Shown here piece by piece: positions 20,708 to 31,549 of a stretch of 64,000 bases of DNA (position 1 is the first letter of the stretch; the number at the start of each line of letters is the position of its first letter). The stretch lies in the NCBI GenBank assembly GCA_965223265.1, contig OZ244999.1, forward strand, positions 5,696,001 through 5,760,000. Reading direction: 5' to 3'. The notes beneath the pieces are model-generated. The model had not been told where the DNA came from and ran no database searches. It saw nothing but the letters and a program-made list of their open reading frames with translations. A program made the translations under genes and the position numbers. Source of the DNA: Planctomycetota bacterium. Its GTDB lineage: Bacteria; Planctomycetota; UBA8108; SXIK01.

Positions 20708-21811
20708 TCAGCGCTGCGATTCCGACGCCCCTGCGCCTCGCACAAGTGAACGCGTGCCCGCGTTCTCGTCGCCATCGCACTCCCTCATTCCCCGCAGCAC
20801 ATGCTGGTGCAGCGTGCGCACGACACGCTCCTCGATGGGGCGCCAGACAAACTCTGGTGACAGCAGCCGCTGGTAGCGTGTCAAGAGCGTCACGCGAGTG
20901 CGTTTGCCGCTCAGCGGCGTGAACTCGAACCTGCCGTCGAGCAGGCGGACGTCGCGCTCGAAATGTAGCTGCTGATCGATGACCTCGAAGGCCAGTCGAC
21001 GCCCCGGATTGACCTCGGAGATGCGCTTGGTGAGATGGCCACGCTCATAGACGCAGCGAACGACGCTGCCAGCTTCCATCTTGGTGCCGATCACGTATCG
21101 CGGCCGCGGCAGAGCTAACTTCAGGAGAAATGGCGGCTCGTGCGTCACTTCTTCGTAGAACACCGCTCGCTTCCATGCGGCTTCAGGCTCGACGTCGAAC
21201 ACCGTGCTCGTCGCTACCGTGACGATCGCCTCCGAAGGCGGGAAGAGGCGTTCCACCGCGAGCGTCAGGTAGGGCAGCGTCAAAAAGAAAAACACCGGCA
21301 AAAACACCCGCTGGCTCCACTCACTCCCTTTGAGCCAGACGCGGAGCCCCGCGCCAAGACCCAGGCCGATCGCCGCTGGCGCTAGCAAAATCGCGCCGCC
21401 GACCATAGCGCAAAAAACTCCTCCGATGTTCGCCGAGACGAGCACCAGGAGAATTGCGCCAATGGCGATGAGAAGTGCCATGATCTTGAACCAGATGCGA
21501 ACGCGCGAGAGGTAACCGATCAAGGCGCCGATGCTGATCGGTAGGGCGACGAAAAGCGCCGTTCCCATTGTCTCCGACGCGGCGATCAGCGCATAGCTGA
21601 TGGAACCAGAGACGACCGCAAGGATCAGCCCAGGCATGAGGAGAACCCACACCATGCGGAATCGTTCGGTGGTGTAGGTTGCGGCGTCGGTAGGGTCGAA
21701 TGGCAAACCGCACGTCGAACAGCGGGCACTACCGCGGACGAGTGACTCCTGGCAGCGAAGGCAAAAGATCTTCTGCGTCTCCGGGGAATCGCGGTCGATG
21801 AGTTCGTCCAT
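20708..21811 (-). CDS. Membrane protein with N-terminal Zn-ribbon and C-terminal SRPBCC/START-like domain
   Basis: CLRC..CSTC; about 5 TM segments; SRPBCC-like AWKRAVFYEE..LPRP..EVNPGRRLAF..GRFEF..TRVTLLTRY..LHQHVL. Confidence 0.75.
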   Translation of the reverse strand: MDELIDRDSPETQKIFCLRCQESLVRGSARCSTCGLPFDPTDAATYTTERFRMVWVLLMPGLILAVVSGSISYALIAASETMGTALFVALPISIGALIGYLSRVRIWFKIMALLIAIGAILLVLVSANIGGVFCAMVGGAILLAPAAIGLGLGAGLRVWLKGSEWSQRVFLPVFFFLTLPYLTLAVERLFPPSEAIVTVATSTVFDVEPEAAWKRAVFYEEVTHEPPFLLKLALPRPRYVIGTKMEAGSVVRCVYERGHLTKRISEVNPGRRLAFEVIDQQLHFERDVRLLDGRFEFTPLSGKRTRVTLLTRYQRLLSPEFVWRPIEERVVRTLHQHVLRGMRECDGDENAGTRSLVRGAGASESQR

Positions 21812-21972
21812 TCATCACCCCCAGCTCGACATTCGGGCTCAGCTGAGCGCTTGGGCTCAGTGCGTCCAGCACGGCCACCGGCGAAAGCGTTCTCCACCTC
21901 GTCTGCTGATCGATCATCCGCGCCGCGGCGCTGCCGATTCACACGAAATCTGAAGTCTTCTAGACGACCTGA

Positions 21973-23535
21973 CTATTGCGCCGCGGCATCGACGTCCCGG
22001 CGAGGGAAGATCAGCCCCAGAAGCGCACCAACAAGGACGATGAAAATCATGCCGAAGACTGCGATCAACAGGTCGTTAAAAGGCGACATCGGGATCGAAG
22101 GGTCCTCTGGAACCTTGCCCAGCAAGTCCGGGAGTGCCTTGTACGCCTTTGGAATCGTGAGCCAAGCGATGAACATGGTGCCGAGAATCACCGCCAACAC
22201 GGCCGCTGCGTTGCCTGCACGCCTCGCCACCATACCGAGCAAGAAGATCCCGATCATGCCACCCGTGAAGATTCCGGAGAGAATCCACCAGGCGTCGAGG
22301 GCGCTCTTCGGTTCAGCCCTGACGAAGTAGACCGCCATGGCGGTACCGAGAACGCCGATGATGATCGTCGCGCCATAGAGAACCATCATTGAACGTCCCT
22401 CACCGGCGCTCGGATTGATATAGCGTTTGTAGTGGTCGGTGAGGATGAGGGTTGCCGAAGAATTGAGACTCGTTGAGATCGTGCTCATGGCCGCTGCGAA
22501 GACGGCTGCGATCAGCAGGCCGCGGACACCCGTCGGCAACTCCGTCAGGATAAAGTAGGGGAAGACGCGGTCAGACTTCGCCGCGATCTCAGGAGGCAGC
22601 GGGTTCTGCTGGTAGTAGACGTAGAGCGCAGTGCCAATGAGAAAAAAGACCGCCGACAGCGGCAAGAACGTCAAGCCGCCGATCCATAGACTCTTTCGCG
22701 CCTCGCTGTCTGACTTCGAGGCAACGTAGCGCTGGACATAGTTTTGATCGATGCCAAAGTTGTTCAAGTTGATCGCGATGCCGTAAAGGAGCGTCACCCA
22801 AAACGTCGTCTCGGCAACGTTGGTCAACCCGAGTTCCCACGAGCCGAGAGAGAACTTTCCATCAGTGCTGACGATTCGCGTGAACTCGCTCATCCCACCC
22901 GGCGTGTCGAAGAGCATGAGAGCCAAGCAAATCAACGCGCCGACCATCAAGATGATGCACTGAATGGCATCGGTCCAGATCACAGCAACGATTCCACCGA
23001 TGAACGTGTAGAGCGTCGTGGTCACGCCAAGGACAAGAACTATGTAGAGCCCGTCCACATCGAGAAGCGCCTGCAGCGGCAGCGCCATGAGGTACATGAC
23101 GACGGCGATGCGCACAAGCTGCATGGCGAGGTAGAGCGAGCCGACGTAGAAGCGAGCCCAGGGACCGAAGCGCTTCTCGAGGTGGCTGTACGCTGAGACT
23201 TCCGTGCCGCGGCGATAGTACGGCAAGAAATAGCGCACGGCGATCCAAGTCGCGATCGGGATCGACAGGCTGAAGACGAAAGGATTCCAGTTGCCGCCGA
23301 ACGACTTGCCCGGGTTCGCGAAGAAGCTGATGCTGCTGACGTACGTGGCAAGGATAGAAAATCCGACGACCCAGCCCGGGAGCGAGCGTCCAGCGGCGGT
23401 GAAGCCATCGACCGAGCGGCTCTTACGCCAAAAATAAACGCCTGTTGCCAGCACAACGATGAAGTAGACGGCAACGATCACCGTGTCGACAGTGTTGAGC
23501 TCGGCGGTCTTCGGTGTCGCGTCGGGCGCCTGCAT
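21973..23535 (-). CDS. Sodium:solute symporter (SSS family)
   Basis: About 13 TM segments; AGRSLPGW, SSISF, GGIVAVIWTD, DQNYVQRY, AAAMSTISTSLNS; start placed at MQAPD. Confidence 0.93.
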   Translation of the reverse strand: MQAPDATPKTAELNTVDTVIVAVYFIVVLATGVYFWRKSRSVDGFTAAGRSLPGWVVGFSILATYVSSISFFANPGKSFGGNWNPFVFSLSIPIATWIAVRYFLPYYRRGTEVSAYSHLEKRFGPWARFYVGSLYLAMQLVRIAVVMYLMALPLQALLDVDGLYIVLVLGVTTTLYTFIGGIVAVIWTDAIQCIILMVGALICLALMLFDTPGGMSEFTRIVSTDGKFSLGSWELGLTNVAETTFWVTLLYGIAINLNNFGIDQNYVQRYVASKSDSEARKSLWIGGLTFLPLSAVFFLIGTALYVYYQQNPLPPEIAAKSDRVFPYFILTELPTGVRGLLIAAVFAAAMSTISTSLNSSATLILTDHYKRYINPSAGEGRSMMVLYGATIIIGVLGTAMAVYFVRAEPKSALDAWWILSGIFTGGMIGIFLLGMVARRAGNAAAVLAVILGTMFIAWLTIPKAYKALPDLLGKVPEDPSIPMSPFNDLLIAVFGMIFIVLVGALLGLIFPRRDVDAAAQ

Positions 23536-23728
23536 GCGGTGGGTTCCTCGGCGAGCGAACGATACGATGGGGCGAGGACGCAGCGGACCGCCGTCGCTCG
23601 CTGGCAGCCGCCACGTGAGAAGATGCGCCAGAAGATCTTCACCAGGAAGGCGACTACGATAGGAGATTTGATGAGCGAAAGCAAGGGAGGCGGAAGCTCC
23701 CGGACCGGCGCGCAGGCTGTTGCCGGTT

Positions 23729-23995
23729 TCAGCAGTCGCTAAGCATCGGCGATGAGCTCGACACGCATGGGTGGCGTCGCCAGCAAAGACACGAGCGCGC
23801 GCACCAACAAGAATCGTCGGTGCACCGCGGCCTCCAGTAGCTGCACGATTCACCTCGACCATACCCTTCCCCCCAGCCGCGACACGATCGCACCGCGTCC
23901 GGAGTGATGTAGCCTCCGCGAGCGCAGCCAAGGGCGCACACAAGAGTGCCGAGAAGAACCAGTGCGAATGGGAACCTGCTCAACCGAACGTTCAT
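23729..23995 (-). CDS. Small cysteine-rich putative lipoprotein (88 aa)
   Basis: GGAG upstream of ATG; basic N-terminus, hydrophobic core, lipobox-like ALGC; 9 further Cys including CWC and CLC; co-oriented with the sulfatase and symporter. Confidence 0.5.
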   Translation of the reverse strand: MNVRLSRFPFALVLLGTLVCALGCARGGYITPDAVRSCRGWGEGYGRGESCSYWRPRCTDDSCWCARSCLCWRRHPCVSSSSPMLSDC

Positions 23996-24089
23996 GCTCT
24001 TCTCCCAGCCTGAGTTGCGGAAAGACCGACCCAGAGTGAGACGAGCGCGGCGCAGAGCTTATTCAGTGGTGCTCGGATTCAACAGGCTG

Positions 24090-25721
24090 TCAATCCTGAG
24101 CCTGCGGCCGCCGCCTCTCCACCCACGGCTCGGCCTTGCCGCGCGCCGGGTTCTCGCGCGCCCACTCCGGCTCGGGAAACCAGCGCAGGCGGCTGTAGCG
24201 CGGATAGGTCTCGAAGACGTCGCCGCCGTCGCCATCGACGACGCGCGGATCCACGGTAGCGCGCAGGTGGGCGAGCAATCTTTCGCTGAGCTGCTGGCGC
24301 GTCGCCCCGTGCGCCGGATCGTCGGCGAGGTTGTCAATGCAGCCAGGGTCTTTGACGATGTCGTAAAGCTCTTCGGCGGGACGTTTGGCCACCGCGAGCT
24401 CCAGGTACCTCCCAAGAGCAGGATCGTCTGCGTGTTCGATGAGAAACGTCAGCGTCGGGCAGCGGTCAATGTCGTGATAGCCGCCATGCTCTGGACCCAA
24501 CTGCGCGCGTGCGACCACGTCGCCGGGGGCGTACATGCCGGTGCCGAACTTGCGCGGCGCACCGGCCGGCCAGCGCTCAGGGCGAAAGTTGCGAATGTAG
24601 AGATAGCGGCGCGTGCGAATGCAGCGCTGTGGATAGCCGAGCGTGTTGTAGCGCGATGACGAGTGGCGCTCCCGACCAGAAAAAACCGCGTCGCGATCGG
24701 CATCGACGATCCCCTGCCGCGTCGAGGTCAACGTGCCGAGAAAACTCCGCCCTGCGAGCGGATAACGCGTTGGCGGCGCGACTCCAGTCGCAGCATAGAT
24801 CGTCGCGGTGACGTCGATGAGACTGACGAGGTCGTTGACGACGCGTCCGCCGGGGATCTTCGCGCCCCAAGCGATTGCCAGCGGCATGTGGATGCCATAC
24901 TCGTAGACGTTCGCTTTGGCGCGCGGAAACGCCATGCCGTTATCGCTCGTCACGATGATGATGGTGTTTTCCAGTTCGTCCAACTCCACGAGGACATCGA
25001 GCATGCGACCGAGGTGCTCGTCGAACCACTGGATCTCGTAGCAATAGTCGAGGAAGTCGTCGCGCACTTCTGGCGTGTCGGGCAAGAACGAAGGCACTTC
25101 CACGTCGTCCGGATCGAGTCCGTGCTCGCGCCCGATGCCCTTCTTGAAGAAGCGGTGCGGCTCCGAGGCGCCGTACCAGAAGCTGAACGGCTGCCCCTTC
25201 GGGCGTGCAGCGAGGAAGCGCTCAAAATTGGCGGCATAGTCGTTGTCCTTGATGCCCGCCGGAGCCTCAAGGCGCGCGCCCGAAAACTCGATGCCGGCTG
25301 GATTCCGCCGGCGGCCGCTCGCTCGCCAGTTGCCAGGCCCCCACCCCTTGCCCGTGTAGCCAACGAAGTACCCCGCCCGCTCGAGTCGATCCTGAAACCC
25401 CTCGTACTTGGAAGCGAAGGAACTGGCGTGCGTCCCGGCGTGTTCGATCTGCCAAATGTTGCGCCCGGTGAGGAACGCGGCGCGCATCGGACTGCACCCC
25501 GGTGCCGGCGTGAACGCGTTGCGGAAAAGAACACCGCGAGAGGCAACGCGATCAAACGCGGGCGTGCGCACGGCCCCGAAGCCGTATGCCGCTGCATGCG
25601 GGTACGACTGGTCGTCGGAGATGGCGATGAGGACGTTGGGACGCGCGGTTGCGGTCGCCTGCGGTGCGGCGACCGCGCAAAGAAGCGCTAGCGATTGCAG
25701 CGAAAGAGTTCGAAAGGGCAC
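24090..25721 (-). CDS. Secreted sulfatase (formylglycine-dependent S1 family)
   Basis: Signal peptide; RPNVLIAISDD, CSPMRAAFLTGR (CxPxR), YTGKGW, EPHR, SDNG, EELYD..DP..NLA. Confidence 0.95.
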   Translation of the reverse strand: MPFRTLSLQSLALLCAVAAPQATATARPNVLIAISDDQSYPHAAAYGFGAVRTPAFDRVASRGVLFRNAFTPAPGCSPMRAAFLTGRNIWQIEHAGTHASSFASKYEGFQDRLERAGYFVGYTGKGWGPGNWRASGRRRNPAGIEFSGARLEAPAGIKDNDYAANFERFLAARPKGQPFSFWYGASEPHRFFKKGIGREHGLDPDDVEVPSFLPDTPEVRDDFLDYCYEIQWFDEHLGRMLDVLVELDELENTIIIVTSDNGMAFPRAKANVYEYGIHMPLAIAWGAKIPGGRVVNDLVSLIDVTATIYAATGVAPPTRYPLAGRSFLGTLTSTRQGIVDADRDAVFSGRERHSSSRYNTLGYPQRCIRTRRYLYIRNFRPERWPAGAPRKFGTGMYAPGDVVARAQLGPEHGGYHDIDRCPTLTFLIEHADDPALGRYLELAVAKRPAEELYDIVKDPGCIDNLADDPAHGATRQQLSERLLAHLRATVDPRVVDGDGGDVFETYPRYSRLRWFPEPEWARENPARGKAEPWVERRRPQAQD

Positions 25722-26077
25722 GGCAAAGCCTCAGGAGTAGCTAAGATTGGTTCGGCATGGGGAATCCCGCAGTGGTCATTACATGACGACGCACCGGGAG
25801 GCCGCGGACAAGGAGGTAGATCGTAACTGCACGCCCGGTCGCCGTCGAGTTGGCAAATGGCCTACGCGCATCGACGTCGCATGAAGGAGTCTTCCTTCGA
25901 CGGTTTCTGGAAAGCTGGACCCGCCGTCCCAACTCCCACCGCGCGGCACCAGTGAACGTCCTGGCGAGCGCTCGATGTCACCAGGAGAGGAGGTATGATC
26001 CCCTTTGGAGTGCAACCTCGAAGAGACCGCTGAGGAGGGACGGCATGCGACCATAACAAGATGCGCTTGGGAGTGAC

Positions 26078-28612
26078 ATGCCAGAACACCTGTCGAGACT
26101 AAAACCTGTGCCGCGACTCGCGGCGCTCGGATTCGGCCTTCTCGCCGCTGCCGTGGCGATTTGGATTGCCCGGGGTGTTATCGAAGAACGGATGCTTCTC
26201 CAGCGGCTGACGGCGCGAGACGAAAAGGTGCGGTTAGCGGCCGCAGCGGCGCTCGGAAGCATGAAGTCCAAGGCTGGGGTACAGGCGATTCTTGAGCTGC
26301 CCGAGAGCGCCAGAGAATGGTCCGCTGCTGCAAACGAACACGACGAGAGTAAACTCCAAGACACCGACTCTCTAGCCCACGGCGAACTCGTCAACGAGTG
26401 GCTGGACGTCGTTGAAGCTTATGGCCTGCAGGCGTGGGAGCGGAATCTTGAAATCGCACTGACGCGTCTCGATCACGATCTCAGCCAACCTCGCAATAGC
26501 CCGCCTCACGACCGCGCGGTAACGTTGCTGGGATTCCTATACTTTCGAGATTCGCCCAATGCACTAACTCGTCAGGAAGGCGCCGAGCTGGCCCTCAAGC
26601 ATTGTGCCGGGATGCAGACGGACGACTGCTCTGAATGGCTCTGGTTCGTCAAAGTCAGACATTCTGTGTGGGCTGATGCCCACAAACTCCTGCCCCCTCT
26701 GATAGGCCTCGTCGACGTCGAGGAAGGGCTTCTTCTCGAAGATGCTTCAGCCGCAGCGCGCGCGATCGATCCAGCATCATCCGAGCTCATCGAGGCGCTG
26801 ATCGGAAAACTCTTGAGTGAAAAACAGCGGCACTCTTTGCGCGCCGCAGCAGAGCTACACGACGTCCCCGCGGCCACGGACCGACTTCTCCAGGTCGCAC
26901 AAGGCAACGACCGCAGTCAACAGCTCGCTGCCATTCGCGCGCTCTCCTCTCCGGTAGCGATTCCCGTGCTGGCGGAATTCGCGCAGGGCGAGGAGCCCGA
27001 GTTCCGCCGCCAAGCTCTCGAGGCGCTCGGCCGCGTCAATTCCGAGACGTCGGTCAGCATCGTGGCGACGCACGCACGCGATCGCGACCTCACGATCGCA
27101 GCGACCGCGATCAGGCAGCTGGGTCGATCGCGGACCCGTACCGCCGCACGCATCCTCATCGACTTGGCGCGATCGTCTGACTCGTACATCACGGTCAAAG
27201 CGTTGGAGGCGATGAGCTCCCTGAACGATAACTTTCTCGAGGAGAGGATTGAAGCGGTGCTCGACACTCTCTCCGACTCCACCGAGCCCATCCGGGCCGC
27301 TGCAACGCACGCCTTGTGGAGACTTCTGGAACTCCACTGGGCGCTGAACACGGGCCGATCGGAGACTCCGTCGCGCAGCCAAGTCCCACACGCGCTGCGG
27401 CCCTTTCGTCAGTTCGAGGAAGAGACGAGGGCAGGCGTCACGTGGGCGTTCGCCGCTGGCAGACTCGGCGAGATGCTCTCTGTCGCGCTGCAGGATCCCT
27501 CGCCGCTTGTCCGTCGGCAGACCCTGCGGGCGCTGCGGTCGTTCCCGCGCTTTTTCTCGCCGCCCGGCTATCTCCAGCCTGCGAGCGTCCTCCGAGGCGT
27601 CATTCGCTGCCTCCAGGATACAGATCTCAGCGTTAGCAGGGCGGCTGAGCGTCTTCTCAGACCCGATGACTTGCCTCTTTTCTCAACAGCTCACATCCAT
27701 CGCTTCCAAGATGTTCTGCAGGAGCCCGAGCTCCTCGAGAGCTTTCCTGTGCAGCGCGAGCCCGTCCGCGTGGTACTGGCCGCCGCTGCGTCGCGCGTCG
27801 TCGCCGACGATTTGATCACCTTGGCGCTTGCTGACCCCTCGCCCCTTGTGCGACACACGGCGCTGGACGATCTCTCAGGCGTTGACTCCCTCGCCGAGCC
27901 TGTCTTGAACTCGATTCTTCACGTGTGCCTGACCGATTCGGACGCTCAGGTCAGATGGGCCGCCGCGCACCTCATCGGCCGGCGCCCTGGATACGCGGGA
28001 GACCTTATCGCCGCCTTAGAAGGTACCAAGCGCCAGCGCTGGTCGGGCGCGGCGCTGGCACTCGAATCCGCAGCTCTCGAATCGCACATCGATGCAGCGC
28101 AAGGAGAACGTCTCATTCCGACACTCATTCAGCGCATCAACCACGGCGACAGGGAAACCCGTGAGGCCTGCGCGCCGGTGCTATCGATACTCCGCCCAGA
28201 GGCGATGGTCGATCTCCTCGTGACACAACTCGTTTCAAAGGATTCCCGTGCCGACGAAGAGGAGCTTCGATCTCTGGCGGCGCTCGTCTCTCAGCATCCG
28301 CGCAGCGTCTCCGACGCCCTGCGCATCCTCGAGACCAACTCGGACTCGCCGGCGACCGAGCTTTTCGACCTCGCTGCAGCGTCCAATTGTGGCGAAGCTG
28401 CGGCGACCGAACGATTTCTCCGCGAAATGCTCGCGCTCAAGTTTCCACGGCTGCGGCTGCTCGCCGCGCGGCGACTTCGCAACGCCGGGCTCGCACCGCC
28501 GACCGCCCTCGCCCTTCTCGGCGACGCTCTGCAGCGGGAATCCAGTGCCGAAGTACGCCGCGAGCTCAAAGGGGCTGTAGCTCAAATCACAGAGTCGCTC
28601 GCGGACCCTTGA
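26078..28612 (+). CDS. Membrane-anchored HEAT repeat protein
   Basis: N-terminal TM segment; many repeats of type LQDPSPLVRRQTLRAL, LADPSPLVRHTAL, LTDSDAQVRWAAA. Confidence 0.8.
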   Translation: MPEHLSRLKPVPRLAALGFGLLAAAVAIWIARGVIEERMLLQRLTARDEKVRLAAAAALGSMKSKAGVQAILELPESAREWSAAANEHDESKLQDTDSLAHGELVNEWLDVVEAYGLQAWERNLEIALTRLDHDLSQPRNSPPHDRAVTLLGFLYFRDSPNALTRQEGAELALKHCAGMQTDDCSEWLWFVKVRHSVWADAHKLLPPLIGLVDVEEGLLLEDASAAARAIDPASSELIEALIGKLLSEKQRHSLRAAAELHDVPAATDRLLQVAQGNDRSQQLAAIRALSSPVAIPVLAEFAQGEEPEFRRQALEALGRVNSETSVSIVATHARDRDLTIAATAIRQLGRSRTRTAARILIDLARSSDSYITVKALEAMSSLNDNFLEERIEAVLDTLSDSTEPIRAAATHALWRLLELHWALNTGRSETPSRSQVPHALRPFRQFEEETRAGVTWAFAAGRLGEMLSVALQDPSPLVRRQTLRALRSFPRFFSPPGYLQPASVLRGVIRCLQDTDLSVSRAAERLLRPDDLPLFSTAHIHRFQDVLQEPELLESFPVQREPVRVVLAAAASRVVADDLITLALADPSPLVRHTALDDLSGVDSLAEPVLNSILHVCLTDSDAQVRWAAAHLIGRRPGYAGDLIAALEGTKRQRWSGAALALESAALESHIDAAQGERLIPTLIQRINHGDRETREACAPVLSILRPEAMVDLLVTQLVSKDSRADEEELRSLAALVSQHPRSVSDALRILETNSDSPATELFDLAAASNCGEAAATERFLREMLALKFPRLRLLAARRLRNAGLAPPTALALLGDALQRESSAEVRRELKGAVAQITESLADP

Positions 28613-28667
28613 CTTCGCCCCCTCGGGCGCCTCAACTGGCGGGCTTGACTCTCCCAAGGATCACCTC

Positions 28668-30569
28668 ATGAGCTCAAGCCTCGACCTGCGCGCCACCGGC
28701 AAAACGGTGCTGCTCTCTGCGTGCGTCGGCATCGTTGCCGGCCTTGGCGCCATCGTTTTTCAGTTCGCGTGTCAGCTTTGTCTGCACTTCGTGCTCGCTG
28801 GCTTCACCGGTTGGTCGCCGGTGGAGCCGCGCGGCGAAGCGTCGTGGTTTCATGCTGCTGGCGGGACTCCGTCGTTGACGCTGATCGTCCTCGTCATGGC
28901 AGCTGGCGGACTCGTCTCGGGCATCCTCGTCTACACGTTCGCACCCGACGCTGAGGGTCACGGCACCGACGCAGCCATCGAAGCGTTTCACCACAAACGC
29001 GGTGCGATCGCACCACTCACCGCGCTCGTCAAACTCGTCGCCTCAGCCGTCACGATCGGCACGGGCGGCTCCGGGGGGCGCGAAGGACCGATCGCACAGA
29101 TCGGCGCTGGGTTCGGCTCCTTCGTCGGTGCGCGCTTGAAGCTCTCAGCACGTGAGCGCCGCGTACTCATGGCCGCCGGCATGGGTGCAGGCGTCGCGGC
29201 GATCTTTCGCGCCCCACTTGCTGGGGCACTCTTTGCCGCGGAAATCCTCTACCGTGAAGCAGAGTTCGAGTCGGAGGTCATCGTCCCGGCCGCGATCGCA
29301 TCGATTATCTCATACAGCGTCTACGCGCTTTCGCTGCCGGCGCACCTCATGTTCACGCCGCTCTTTGGTGAAGGTCTCGGTTTCGCCCTCGGTTCTCCGT
29401 TCGAACTGTTGCCGCTGACGATTCTCGCGGTCGTGCTGAGCTTGACCGCTGTCGTCTATATCAAGGTCTTCTATGGCACTCATGCGTTGTTCAAAAAGCT
29501 ACCGCTACCACGACACGTTCGGCCCGCGGTCGGTGCTGGACTGGCTGGGCTGTTCGGGATCGGCCTCTACACGCTGATTGGCAATGAAGTCGCACTGTCG
29601 GTACTTTCGAGCGGCTACGGCGCGATCCAGGGTGCACTCGACACGTCTGTAGACATCGGCATCGGTGTTCTCTGTGCCATCGCCTTCGGCAAGATTCTGA
29701 CGACCTCGTTGACGATCGGCTCCGGCGGTTCCGGCGGCGTCTTTGGTCCGTCGATGGTGATCGGCGGCACCCTCGGCGCTGCCGCCGGGCAGACGCTGCA
29801 TGGACTGTGGCCGGCGCTCGTAACGCAGCCGCAGGCTTACACCATTGTCGGCATGGCCGGGTTCTTTTCAGGTTGCGCGCACGCTCCCATCTCGACGCTC
29901 GTCATGGTCTCGGAGATCACCGGCGACTATCGCCTCCTCATTCCTGCCATGTGGGTGTCGACGCTCTGCTTCATCTTGTGCCGACCCTGGACAATCTACG
30001 AGAAGCAGGTGCCGACGCGACTCGAATCGCCGGCGCACCGCGGCGACTTCATCATTGACTTGCTCGAAGGCTTTCGCGTCCGCGAGGTGTTTCGACCGGG
30101 GCGCCCATTCAAACTTATCGGTGAGTCGACACCACTCGAGACGATCCTGAAAGAAATCGCGGCCAGCGGCCAGAGTTACTTCCCGGTGGTCAGGAGTGCG
30201 CCCACGCGACCTTCGGATGGCGGAGAGTCCGACGCTGAAGCCGAAGGCGAACACGACACTGTGTCGTCGTCGGCCGCAGACGAACACATGGTCGGAATCT
30301 TTTCCGCCAATGACGTTCGCGCGTTCATCTACGATGAGTCGATGTGGCGCGTTGCCATCGCCCGTGACATCATGGTCACGGACTTTCTCAGCGTCACGCT
30401 CGACGACGACCTCAATACCGCGCTGCGGCGCTTCACGGCGCGCAATATCGACGAGCTACCGGTGATCGATACGCCGAGTGGTCGCGTGCTCGGCCTCTTG
30501 CGGCGTAAGGACGTCATAGCGTTTTATAACGAGCGCCTTGAAGAGCAGAAACGAAATGTCGACAGCTGA
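28668..30569 (+). CDS. ClC-family chloride channel/H+ antiporter with two CBS domains
   Basis: GHGTD, GGSGGREGP (gating Glu), GGSGGVFGP, FRAPLAGALFAAE; C-terminal CBS pair. Confidence 0.93.
   Translation: MSSSLDLRATGKTVLLSACVGIVAGLGAIVFQFACQLCLHFVLAGFTGWSPVEPRGEASWFHAAGGTPSLTLIVLVMAAGGLVSGILVYTFAPDAEGHGTDAAIEAFHHKRGAIAPLTALVKLVASAVTIGTGGSGGREGPIAQIGAGFGSFVGARLKLSARERRVLMAAGMGAGVAAIFRAPLAGALFAAEILYREAEFESEVIVPAAIASIISYSVYALSLPAHLMFTPLFGEGLGFALGSPFELLPLTILAVVLSLTAVVYIKVFYGTHALFKKLPLPRHVRPAVGAGLAGLFGIGLYTLIGNEVALSVLSSGYGAIQGALDTSVDIGIGVLCAIAFGKILTTSLTIGSGGSGGVFGPSMVIGGTLGAAAGQTLHGLWPALVTQPQAYTIVGMAGFFSGCAHAPISTLVMVSEITGDYRLLIPAMWVSTLCFILCRPWTIYEKQVPTRLESPAHRGDFIIDLLEGFRVREVFRPGRPFKLIGESTPLETILKEIAASGQSYFPVVRSAPTRPSDGGESDAEAEGEHDTVSSSAADEHMVGIFSANDVRAFIYDESMWRVAIARDIMVTDFLSVTLDDDLNTALRRFTARNIDELPVIDTPSGRVLGLLRRKDVIAFYNERLEEQKRNVDS
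30291..30464 (+). repeat. 174-bp direct repeat, copy 1 (CBS-coding segment of the ClC gene)
   Basis: Matches 31550-31723; 30381-30457 is identical to 31640-31716. Confidence 0.9.
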
Positions 30570-31476
30570 AGTCCGGCGCCGAGGAAAGCGCGTAGCGGGT
30601 CTGGCGGGTCTCGGAGCCATCACGATCGTAGTGCTGCTCACCCTCAACTGGCACACTCTCGTGACCCATTATCGCCTCCGGCAACTCGACCGCTCCGAAA
30701 CATTCGACGCGGCAAAGGTTTTACTCGACCCTCTCCTGGTGAGCTCGCACCGACAAGACGTCGCGCGAGTCATCGTCGGGGAGATGGGACCGGATCGTCC
30801 GACGTTGACGTTTTGGCTGTTCTACCACTGTGCTGCAGCTACGTCGATGAACGGGGATGATCACGAGGCGCTGCGGCAAATGGGACCGCTCCTTCCGCTA
30901 GTGCGAGAGTTTGGCACTCGCGTGCGCCGTGATGAACAGCTTCTCGCCTCTCTCGCGTATTTCGTACGGTGGTGCGGGCCCGACGCTTGGAAACACATTC
31001 AGAGGCCCGGACGACCTTCCCCCAAGAGGGGACTGGGTGACGTGCTGCTTTCCGCGTTCATCGGGCCTCTCTTCAACTTCGACGAAATGATGACCGAGTT
31101 CCACGCGGAGGAGCCGGAAGGAACGGAGGTGCTGCTTCGCTTCCGCGAGTTGGTCCTTCTTGCCGAAGCATGGATTCTTGGGGTAGAACCGCCGCCCGAG
31201 CTTCCGAATGTCGAGTTTCCAAAGTCGCGAGATGAGAAAAAGCTCCTTCGATTCCTGAGAGCATCGGAAAGTAACTACGCGCTCTTGCAGAATTGGGTTC
31301 AAGAGAACAGGGACTTTTTGCTCTTCGATGAGTCTCTTGGACGATTCGTGATTCAGCGCGGACCTAGAGGTGAGCCCATAGAAGTTCCGCGCTCGAGGAG
31401 AACGGTGACCGTCCCGGAGAAGCCGTGTTTGGACTGGACGGGACCAATTCCTCCGCGCTCCGCCGAGCAATCGTGA
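30556..31476 (+). CDS. Hypothetical protein with N-terminal TM anchor
   Basis: Long ORF overlapping the ClC stop codon; GLAGLGAITIVVLLTLNW TM segment; no recognised domain. Confidence 0.7.
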   Translation: MSTAEVRRRGKRVAGLAGLGAITIVVLLTLNWHTLVTHYRLRQLDRSETFDAAKVLLDPLLVSSHRQDVARVIVGEMGPDRPTLTFWLFYHCAAATSMNGDDHEALRQMGPLLPLVREFGTRVRRDEQLLASLAYFVRWCGPDAWKHIQRPGRPSPKRGLGDVLLSAFIGPLFNFDEMMTEFHAEEPEGTEVLLRFRELVLLAEAWILGVEPPPELPNVEFPKSRDEKKLLRFLRASESNYALLQNWVQENRDFLLFDESLGRFVIQRGPRGEPIEVPRSRRTVTVPEKPCLDWTGPIPPRSAEQS

Positions 31477-31549
31477 AGTCCCAAGGAAGTCCGCGGACGA
31501 AGAATGACGCTCGAAGGAACTCCGGCGCTCGAGAGCCTCCGAACGTACG

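Noticed and set aside
23536-23943. 136-aa N-terminal extension of the symporter ORF
   Set aside because: No SSS-like character and it overlaps the Cys-rich ORF; ATG 23535 fits better.
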